Source: a virus. From it: DNA of 64,000 nt. Location of the stretch: IMG/VR virus record IMGVR_UViG_3300037277_000110, positions 9,800-73,799 of that record, one strand, 5' to 3'. This document shows, piece by piece, positions 1 to 8,700 of this stretch (position 1 is the stretch's first letter; every line of letters begins with the position of its first letter). Both the position numbers and the translations under genes were made by a program. The notes under the pieces are model-generated. The model was given only the letters and a program-made list of their open reading frames with translations. It had not been told where the DNA came from and searched no databases.

Positions 1-56
1 ATAAGATAAGTAGGATAAGCGAACCAGTGAGTTCAAAAAAGTTCATAATACTATAT

Positions 57-1703
57 TTAGCGTAAGGTTATGTCAATAATTGCTTTTTTATGTTGCTCAA
101 AAAATAGTAATCTTTTATTTTCTACAATCGCTTTATTTCTTTGAGAAACTTCCGTTGAAACATAACCAAAATACATTTCTTTAAAATACTGTTGTGTGAT
201 AGGATTATAATCAATAAAAGATTGTGTTTTGCTTGGTATTGTTATAATTTGATTATTAGAAATAATATTAACAAAATCATTTACAGTACCATATTTCCCG
301 GCTGATACATCTTTTAAAGAAATTTTAGTTATAATTTGATTTGTTGGGTCTATATCTAATATGTCACCAGCATTAAATGGATACGCTAAAACGTGCCCTG
401 ACGGCAATAAAACTAATTGAAAAGATGAAGCATATTTGGTGCTGGTTGCGCCAAGATCGCCCCATAAAACTGATGTTTTTGCGATAGGATCTATATCTAA
501 AATTTGTGTAACATTTAGAGGTACACATAAAACATGACCATTTGCAAGTAAAATAGAACTATAATAAGCAGAAGCGGCAAATGTACCATAATTTTCAACA
601 GTTCCAGAAATTGGATGTATATTCGTAATAAACGTAGAATTTCTAGGGACACAACAAATTAGATCATCATTTATTTTTTGATAACTACCATATTTTGATG
701 CAACAGTTCCAATTGATCCATATTCTGTTAATTGATTTGTAACAGGATTAATATTAACAACCTTATTATATGTCTGAGGAATAGTTACTAATAAAGTATC
801 ATTAATATATACTAAATCAGTAAATTTATCAGTACCTGCCGTTAATGTTCCGAAAGTTGTTAAGGTATTAGTTAAATAATTATATTTTACAAAAGTATTA
901 ATTGTTCTTGGACATGTTATTACATCACCGTTAGTAAGTATAATAGGGTTTTTGCCTGTGAATCTTCCTTGCGCATTTGCACTAAAATCTCCGTAAAAAT
1001 TTACTGTTTTAGTAATAGGATCTATATCGCAAACACGAGTTTCATTATAGGGAAAACCTACTATATGTCCATTTGGAGTTAATACATGTTGAAAATATAG
1101 ACCTGTACTATTTCCAGTAATTGTTCCATAAGATTCAACAACTTTTGTTTCTATGTTATAATTATAAAAAGCATCAGGTTTGTCTGCTCCTAGCCCACAA
1201 ATAATATCACTATTTGGAATTTTAAAACCAGCAGTATAACCAAATGTTCCAGCAACTAATCCCCATTGAGTAATTTTATTAATCCTACTACCAACCCTAT
1301 CCAACACAACATTTAACACCGATCCTGTAATCTCTGTACTATAAATTAAAAATATCTTATTCGTGACATTTGAAAATATATAGTTATCAAGATACAGTTG
1401 GCTTAAATCAGATAACAACACTGTTTTTGCACTTGTGGCATTTGGATAAGTACCATTATAAAATTGCGCAAAACATCCCGCACTATTACAGGCTGTTTGT
1501 AATCTGGAATCTAAACTTAATGCAATAGAATCATTAGTGGTTGTTGTTGTTAAGGCTAATGCATTTAATCCTAACGGCCCAAAATCTTTAAAATAATTAG
1601 TCCCTGAAATATTTACAACCTCTAAATTTTGAAGATTCATCAATAAATTAGCAGTCGGAAAACTTTGAGGTCCTTTGATAATATTTGCTATAGCATTTAT
1701 CAT
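57..1703 (-). CDS. Repeat-rich (probable beta-propeller) protein, candidate tail/receptor-binding virion protein
   Basis: 548 aa; the C-terminal ~330 aa has ~41-aa repeats (KY..vl..nG.i..iP.n...i..idP.t.t...yG); Thr/Asn/Gly-rich; same strand as the virion genes. Confidence 0.5.
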   Translation of the reverse strand: MINAIANIIKGPQSFPTANLLMNLQNLEVVNISGTNYFKDFGPLGLNALALTTTTTNDSIALSLDSRLQTACNSAGCFAQFYNGTYPNATSAKTVLLSDLSQLYLDNYIFSNVTNKIFLIYSTEITGSVLNVVLDRVGSRINKITQWGLVAGTFGYTAGFKIPNSDIICGLGADKPDAFYNYNIETKVVESYGTITGNSTGLYFQHVLTPNGHIVGFPYNETRVCDIDPITKTVNFYGDFSANAQGRFTGKNPIILTNGDVITCPRTINTFVKYNYLTNTLTTFGTLTAGTDKFTDLVYINDTLLVTIPQTYNKVVNINPVTNQLTEYGSIGTVASKYGSYQKINDDLICCVPRNSTFITNIHPISGTVENYGTFAASAYYSSILLANGHVLCVPLNVTQILDIDPIAKTSVLWGDLGATSTKYASSFQLVLLPSGHVLAYPFNAGDILDIDPTNQIITKISLKDVSAGKYGTVNDFVNIISNNQIITIPSKTQSFIDYNPITQQYFKEMYFGYVSTEVSQRNKAIVENKRLLFFEQHKKAIIDITLR

Positions 1704-2242
1704 TATACAATCCCAAATAAAGATTCACCACCTTGATCAGTTCCGGTACTTAACACCCTCTTAACCAGCATCGGCTGATACCCTTTAGATACTTTAAATA
1801 TATGACTTGTATAAACCACTTTCTGATAAGCCGCCCAAATAGTGGTCCCGGTTTTAGGTATCCGATCAGCATTCCACTTTACCACCATAACTCCGGTCGT
1901 ATAATTAATAGTCCCGGTTCCATCTTCAATAAGATTCCCGGTTCCATCATCCTTGATAGTGTTAAATCCATCGGTTATCACAATAGACCCTTTTTTAATC
2001 TCTGCATTAGTTAAAGTCCCTGATCCTACGGTATTTGTAGTCCCATCACCAGTTGCCATATTCTGATTATACGATGTAAGTGTCTCAGGATCATCGACAA
2101 ATATAAGTGCCAAAGTCATGTCCCCGTTACAGTATAAGGCACAGTCCGCGCCGACATCAACTGTGTCTGAAGGTGTTATAGTAAAGGCTTTAGTAACTTG
2201 TAATCTTACTTCTTTATCGCCATGTGTGAGTAGTACGCCCAT
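1703..2242 (-). CDS. Putative structural protein
   Basis: Gly/Thr-rich beta motifs (DDGTGNL, GTGTINYTTG) typical of phage structural proteins. Start moved to ATG 2242 because the ORF-track TTG start overlaps a TATTTTTG promoter box (2264-2271, minus strand). Confidence 0.55.
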   Translation of the reverse strand: MGVLLTHGDKEVRLQVTKAFTITPSDTVDVGADCALYCNGDMTLALIFVDDPETLTSYNQNMATGDGTTNTVGSGTLTNAEIKKGSIVITDGFNTIKDDGTGNLIEDGTGTINYTTGVMVVKWNADRIPKTGTTIWAAYQKVVYTSHIFKVSKGYQPMLVKRVLSTGTDQGGESLFGIV

Positions 2243-2365
2243 AATTTTATATATTTTATTAGTCAAAAATAAGGTTTTTTTTAATGCATGTTTTCTAACA
2301 TATTTTTTGTATGAAAAATGTTTTGTATGTTTGTATCTACTTTTTTAAACTAAAATTTTAACACA

Positions 2366-2479
2366 ATGAAGAAAATAAATTGGTTATTTAATTACCCAGA
2401 TCCAACAGAGGATTTACCCGGAAAATTATTTCCTGAACCTCAAGACGATCCTACATTACCTCCTAATACGGGTAAGTAA
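2366..2479 (+). CDS. Small Pro/Asp-rich peptide (37 aa, MKKINWLFNYPDPTEDLPGKLFPEPQDDPTLPPNTGK)
   Basis: Read by hand; follows a TATGTTTG box (2326-2333) and an A-rich initiation region. Confidence 0.4.
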   Translation: MKKINWLFNYPDPTEDLPGKLFPEPQDDPTLPPNTGK

Positions 2480-2764
2480 TGTTATTAAAACTATCTGCTG
2501 AAGATAACAGTAAGGAAGATTTGATGTTCAGGTTTGACTCCTGACCTTATAGGTATGCTAAGATACTGTTGTTTATTGTAAGGTATGTAATGCCAAGCGA
2601 CAGACTTGTAATCTGCCAAGCCAAAACTGAACTGTAAAGAAAAGTGTGAATAAAAACGCACAAGAATCAACATAGAAATAAAATTTTGGTAATTTGGGAT
2701 ACTCGGCAACATTATATATTCCACTTAGAAATGGACAGATAGTTTTTTTATTAAAATATTTTAT

Positions 2765-2895
2765 TACCTTTGTACTAAGAAACAAAATAGATCATCAGGA
2801 GTGATCGAGTTAAGATAAACAGAAGAAATTCTGTCTGCCATTAGGCAAAGATATAACCCGTAGTTGCTCCTGACTTCTACGGGTTTTCTTTTTTG
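2765..2895 (+). promoter_or_regulatory. Promoter plus leader with terminator and 5'-to-loop pairing
   Basis: TACCTTTG box 2765-2772; stem AACCCGTAG 2855-2863 / CTACGGGTT 2877-2885 followed by a T-tract; the loop sequence TTGCTCCTGA is complementary to TCAGGAGTGA 2795-2804. Confidence 0.6.
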
Positions 2896-3143
2896 GCTGC
2901 GGAGTCTAATAAACCGGTCTACGAAAAGAGGGAGTAAACCTATAAAATCACTTAAATGATGGAAAAGGGTTTTCCAGACTTGTCACCCGCCATCAGCCAA
3001 AACGGACGAAGAACTCAAGGTCTCAAGCAAAAGGTGTGTGAAAACTGTCTATCTTCTACGGGGGTAGGGGGTAGACTTGTTTTTTCACACCTTCAAACTC
3101 AGAATCTAAAATCTAAGCAAGTTTAACAAAAAAAATAAAAACT

Positions 3144-3407
3144 ATGGAAGTAAGAAAAACAGAAATGAAACTTAGAGAAGTAGTAACTGAATGTTATTAC
3201 TTATGTGATAAGTGTGGTGAAAAAATAAGCACAGGAGCTTATGATGCTTTTGAATTTACTTTTGAGTATAAAACTGGTAGTGCTTATCCTGAAGGAGGTA
3301 ATGGAGATAAGAAAACTTTAGATTTATGTGAAAAATGTGCTCCTAAAGCCATTAAATTATTGGAAGATAATGGCTTTAAAGTACAGGAATCTGAATGGGA
3401 TATTTAA
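3144..3407 (+). CDS. Small zinc-binding hypothetical protein
   Basis: CDKC...DLCEKC, two CxxC pairs. Confidence 0.65.
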   Translation: MEVRKTEMKLREVVTECYYLCDKCGEKISTGAYDAFEFTFEYKTGSAYPEGGNGDKKTLDLCEKCAPKAIKLLEDNGFKVQESEWDI

Positions 3408-3443
3408 AAAATACAATATCCTTTTTTCTTGTAAATTTACAAC

Positions 3444-3827
3444 ATGATACTTAAAAAAATAATCATAGAATTTACCGATAATCCCGATGATATATCTAAT
3501 CATGGTATCGGAACTTATTATTATTTGCCTACTGGTGAACTTTTAGTCAGGACTTACATGAAGGATGAAAAAAGCCTTAATGAAGCTTGGTTAATTGCCA
3601 TGCATGAACTGGTTGAACAAAGATTGACTGAACAAAGAGGAATACCAGAACCGGTTATTGATACTTTTGACAGGATGTTGGATGAAAAAGGTGAAGATGC
3701 TGATTTTGGAGGGGATCATCCTGATTCACCTTATAAAAAAGAACACCGGTTTGCTGAAAATATTGAACGTCAATTAGCCCATGAATTAGGCATAGACTGG
3801 AATGAATACGATAACTACCAAATATAA
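3444..3827 (+). CDS. Putative metal-binding/hydrolase-like phage protein
   Basis: AMHELVE...PY..EH.FAE..ER motif set; stop overlaps the start of the ATP-grasp gene. Confidence 0.55.
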   Translation: MILKKIIIEFTDNPDDISNHGIGTYYYLPTGELLVRTYMKDEKSLNEAWLIAMHELVEQRLTEQRGIPEPVIDTFDRMLDEKGEDADFGGDHPDSPYKKEHRFAENIERQLAHELGIDWNEYDNYQI

Positions 3828-5107
3828 TGGATAAATTAAAAGAAAAAATAGCCTTAATAGTTGATTGCGGACTATACGTCAGTTTTGCTGTTAGACTATC
3901 AAAAGACTTTAAAAAGGTATATTATTTTTCACCTTGGAACTCTGGTGGATTTGCCATTAAAGAGCGTTCACAGCCCGGAGAAGGATATGACGAAATTGAA
4001 CGTATAAACTGGATGTTTAAATATTCTGACAAACCCGGCGAATACTCCTTTGATAAAGTTGATATTTTTATTTTCCCATTTATATACTTTTCCGATCTTC
4101 AGGACCATCTTGTACATTTAGGTAAACGTGTTTGGGGAGCAAGGTATGGTGACGAAATAGAACTTGACAGATTAGGGGTAAAGAAAATATTGAAAGATGC
4201 CCATTTAGCTGTAGGGGCCCATACTCCAATAAAAGGGACTTCAAGACTTAGAGAATATCTTAAATCTCATAGAGACAAATTCATTAAAATATCCCATTGG
4301 AGAGGCTTAATAGACACCTTTCATCACGATAACTATAAACTATCAGAACCTATTTTAGATTACATAGACAACGAGCTAGGGGCCTACAAAACAGAAATGG
4401 ACTTCATTATTGAAGACCCTATACAGTGTGATGTTGAATCCGGGATTGATACTTATATTATAGATGGTCAAATACCTGATAAAGTGATGATTGGGGTCGA
4501 GACAAAGGATGCAGGTTTTGTGGGTAAAGTATTTGATTATGATAAACTTCCAAAGGTTTTAAAGATGTCAACTACGAATTTGGCCAAGTATTTTAAGAAA
4601 AATAACTTCAGAGGATTCTATTCGGATGAACAACGAATTAAAGGTAATGTGCCTTATCCTATTGATTTTACACCTAGAATTCCACTTCCCCCAGGTGAAC
4701 TTTACGACTGCATGATTGAAAACTTGTCAGAAATAATCTGGTATGGTGCCGAGGGAATACTCGTTCAACCTAAATGGAAATATAAATGGGGAGCCGTAGT
4801 AATTATACTCTCAGAATGGGCCGAAAAACATGATCAGCCAATTTATTTTCCGGAAGAGATTAAGGAGTATGTTAAGCTCAGAAACTCATCTAAAATAAAA
4901 GGGACTTATTATGTCATCCCCCAAGAAGCTGAATTAAAAGAAATCGGTGGAGTAGTAGGAGTTGGTAACACCCAAGAAGAAGCTATTGAAATGTGTAAGG
5001 CTAATTGTGAACAAGTAAAGGGTTATGGGTTAGTACTTAAATCAGATGCCCTTGACGTTTCTTCTGAAGAATTAGAAAAGGTTGAACAACTTGGTATTAA
5101 GTTTTAA
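3827..5107 (+). CDS. ATP-grasp ligase, PurD/GAR-synthetase-like
   Basis: 426 aa; ELDR..K, FIK, FIIEDPI..ESG, FRGF, IDFTPR (compare the PurD EFNxR motif). Confidence 0.7.
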   Translation: MDKLKEKIALIVDCGLYVSFAVRLSKDFKKVYYFSPWNSGGFAIKERSQPGEGYDEIERINWMFKYSDKPGEYSFDKVDIFIFPFIYFSDLQDHLVHLGKRVWGARYGDEIELDRLGVKKILKDAHLAVGAHTPIKGTSRLREYLKSHRDKFIKISHWRGLIDTFHHDNYKLSEPILDYIDNELGAYKTEMDFIIEDPIQCDVESGIDTYIIDGQIPDKVMIGVETKDAGFVGKVFDYDKLPKVLKMSTTNLAKYFKKNNFRGFYSDEQRIKGNVPYPIDFTPRIPLPPGELYDCMIENLSEIIWYGAEGILVQPKWKYKWGAVVIILSEWAEKHDQPIYFPEEIKEYVKLRNSSKIKGTYYVIPQEAELKEIGGVVGVGNTQEEAIEMCKANCEQVKGYGLVLKSDALDVSSEELEKVEQLGIKF

Positions 5108-5405
5108 CCTTCCTACTTTTACCAGTAAAATAATCCAAAAGAACTTGTCTTAATTCCTCTTTATCAGCAAACGGAACTGAAGGTGTTGAAGCTAAGGCCC
5201 ATTCAGATGGCTTCATTACTACTATTGCCGATCCTTTATGTGGATAAACATCTGTATCATTAGTACATACTGCTACTGAATCATGATCTGAGTCTGATGA
5301 TGCTCCCACCATTTTAATCGAAGTTACATGTCCTTTGAAAATATCATAAGTTCTGATACCTTCTGTAAATGTTACATATCCCGTGTTATCTTGTATTGTT
5401 TTCAT
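5097..5405 (-). CDS. Hypothetical protein
   Basis: 102-aa ORF at the end of the minus-strand late unit. Confidence 0.55.
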   Translation of the reverse strand: MKTIQDNTGYVTFTEGIRTYDIFKGHVTSIKMVGASSDSDHDSVAVCTNDTDVYPHKGSAIVVMKPSEWALASTPSVPFADKEELRQVLLDYFTGKSRKVKT

Positions 5406-5446
5406 GTTGGTTTGAATAATGATGCCGGAGTTGAGCCCGGCATCCG

Positions 5447-5617
5447 TTACTTTTTCTTTTTAGATTTTCTTTGTTGAGCATAAGCGGAAGCTATAGCTTG
5501 ACTATCAGCGACCTTTTTCCCGTGTTTCTTTTTAGTTTTAACATAGGTTTTACCCGAATGAAACTCAGAAATATTTTTCGATCGTGTTTTGTCTGATTTA
5601 CCCTTTTTTAGTGGCAT
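5447..5617 (-). CDS. Small basic protein (56 aa, MPLKKGKS...NISE...QAIASAY family)
   Basis: Read by hand; matches the pattern of a widespread small Lys-rich phage family. Confidence 0.65.
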   Translation of the reverse strand: MPLKKGKSDKTRSKNISEFHSGKTYVKTKKKHGKKVADSQAIASAYAQQRKSKKKK

Positions 5618-5727
5618 TACTTACTGTGTTTAGTCGGTTTAGGTGGTGTAGCAACTTTACCTTTACCCTTTTTCCCTAAATAAGGGGATTTCTTCATAAT
5701 CTTTTTACCTTTTTTTACTTTTTTCAT
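5617..5727 (-). CDS. Very small Lys-rich protein (36 aa)
   Basis: Read by hand (MKKVKKGKKIMKKSPYLGKKGKGKVATPPKPTKHSK); TAATG overlap with the next gene; TAATTTTG box upstream at 5746-5753. Confidence 0.5.
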   Translation of the reverse strand: MKKVKKGKKIMKKSPYLGKKGKGKVATPPKPTKHSK

Positions 5728-5767
5728 GGCTTTAAATTTTTAATCAAAATTAATAAATTTTTAAATA

Positions 5768-8700
5768 TCAATCTTCTTCAGATATTTCCTTTTTCTCTTC
5801 ATCAAGTTCATCATGTGATTCTAAATATTTTTTATATATTTGTTTTACTTCATCAGATAATTCAAAGTCTTCATTTTTTATATAAGATTCAGAAAGTCTC
5901 TTCATATCTTTTGATATGTATTTTGCTAGTTTTTCTTTTTCTTTCTCCTTTTTAATTTCTTTTAATTCTGTTATGGCTTTTTGAAGGTTACTTATTTCAG
6001 AATTATTCCTTTTGTAATACGATAGGTCATCTTTTAAGTTATTATCCTTTAAATATTGTTTAAAGTCTTTATAAGACATTTCAGACATTTTTTTATTTGC
6101 ATCGGTATTTACTTTGTCCAGTTTATGAACTACTTCAGTATATCCTTCAAGAGTAGGTTTGTCAAACATCCCTTTACCAGTTATGCCCGAAGGATCATGC
6201 TTCATTTGAAATTGTTTAACCCGTTTTTCAACATCTCTCTGGTCAGGAGTAGGAACTTGTTCTCGTAACCACGGAAATCCCATTTTAAGTTGTTCGGCAA
6301 ATGTCTCTGGTTTCCGTTTTTCTTCCTTATCCATAAACCCGGCTATATCGCGACTTATTTGAGGGGTTAAAATAGAAGTCCCAAAGTTTTCTAAAAATTG
6401 ATTAAGTTTTTGTGGATTACTTATCATATCCATAGTCCTGTTATCAAGAAATGGAGTCTCATGAATAGTATTAAGTAGTATAGACTCCGCCGATGGAATA
6501 AAGTTATGCGTTCTTTTCCAAGTTTCCTGTTCATCAGGGTCCTTTATCCACTTAGGAACTTTACCAAATTCATTTTTAGCTTCAGCATAGAGTTTAAGTA
6601 CAAGTAAGTCTGGATGGTGAGTTAACCATTTAGGTATTTCCCAACCACCGATTTTAAACTTTTTCTTTTCATCAACCGACACCCAATTGGTAGATAATGC
6701 CATAATACCTAAAGCAGCCCCAGGTAATCCATTTTTAAAAGCTACCAATGCTTTATCAGCATCTTCCGGGGACATCTTTTCAAAACCACCTCTTATTCTC
6801 CATGCGAATTCTAGTAATCCACCCCAAGACCGAGCGGTCTTTATTGTGTAATTAGTCGGAACTCCAACAATAGGAAATAAAAATTTTGAAATATAATATC
6901 CTGCTTTTAAGTTAGGTCTCATCCATGCTTGTGTTACTTTTAACAGGGTAGACAATTTATTTTTATTCATCATAATCCTCTGATCTGCTTTTTCAGCAGC
7001 TTGAGCCTCGATTATTTTTTGAATCCCCGGATCAGATACATCCCTACCTTCTTTATTATAATAGTCAGTAAGTCGTTGAGCGTACTTATTAAAAGTAGAT
7101 CTCCATAAGGGATATTTTTCAGCGCCGTGAAGTTTCCCGAAATTAAGATTAAATTCAGCCATATCTTCTTTACCTCTTTTTGCAACTCCATAAAGTTCAT
7201 GGGTATGAGGATCAGAAGTAAGATACGATACAGCATCTTTATAAACTTGTGGTTCCAATAAAGTTTTAGCGTCTAATTTTAATGACTTTAAATTAAACTG
7301 ACCTTCAGTCATTGATTTTTTAGCAAGCTTTGGAAATAATAATTTAGCAATACCTGTCATTAGTACATCTTTAGGATTACTCCAAGCAAGTTCTAATACA
7401 GTATAATTAGCCAGTTTACCAAGCGTTTTTATCCCGGAAAGAAGAAATATTCCAGTTCTTATTTTAAGAAACTTATCTAAAAACTTTTCCCATCCCGGAC
7501 GTTTACTCATCATATCCCGGTATCTTTCAGTCTCCCATTTATTTTTTAGATTCTGATATTCTGCCTTGGCATCTTCCAAAGCTTTATTAGGTTTATATTC
7601 TGCTCTTTCAGGAGTAGTATAGTCTTTAGCCTCAATTTTAGCTTTTAATTTTGCACTCCTTTTTAACTGAGATATTAACTTACGTTCTTCAGGAACTACT
7701 TTCTTTTCTTGTTCAATATTATACTTTCCTAAATATTTTTCAACATCCTTAACTGTCCAGTTTGGATAAATGTCTTTTACTTCATCGAGTACATTACGAA
7801 CAACTTCATCAAGTTTAACAATTCCCTGGTAAACTTTCTCAGCAGCTATTTTACCTATTTCGCCCGCGATTTCAAGATCGATATTAAGAGGTAAACCAGC
7901 ACTGGCCTGTTCTTTTCTCAGTCCAGCTAATTCTTTTAAACGACTTTTATAATTTACAATACGTTCATTGGAATTAGCAATAGCTGTATCAGTTTTAAGG
8001 GCCCGATCTGCTTTTTTTTGTTCTTTAGATTTAGCGAGTAAATCCTGAAGTAACTTTTTTTGATCTACTTCTTTTTTTACCTGATCTTCAAGGTCCTTAA
8101 TTTTAATCTGAGCTTCTTTAAGTTTTTGATAAGTTTCTTTAACCTCTAACTTCTGTTCAGGAGTAAGTTCTTTTAATCCCCGACCAGACATAAATTGTTG
8201 TTCCATATTAAATATGGACATTTCACTATCAACATAAGCTTTACGTAGGTTAAATATATTAGATGCTTCACGGCCTATTTTAGCAGCAGCCAGATCGTTT
8301 TTAGCCATCTTATCGTATAGGGCCATCAACTCATCAGCATTCTTATTCTTAGCTTTCTCATCAGTTAATTCTCCTTTTTGTTTCAGAAGCTTTACTTCTT
8401 CATTTTTTAACTTCCCGCGATGATATAATAAAGCAGCTTCATCTTCCAAAGAGCCCGTGTTCTCTTTAATTATTCGATCAGTTACTTTATCCGGATCGAT
8501 CTCTCCTTTATCAACTTTTACCTTTACATCTTCAAAAGCTTTTTTAGTATCAGTATCCTGAAGAGCATCTTTCATTTTATCTAAAGCTTCAGTACCTTGT
8601 CTTTTATTTACTTCGTTATCGGCCACAGCTCTTTTTAACGAAGTAGTCTGTTCATCACTTGGCTTAGTTAAATTCCCTTCTTTGTCAAATTCAGTCCCAG

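Noticed and set aside
2491-2785. Two overlapping minus-strand ORFs (77 and 70 aa)
   Set aside because: No recognisable motifs, non-ATG starts, and overlap with a plus-strand promoter region.
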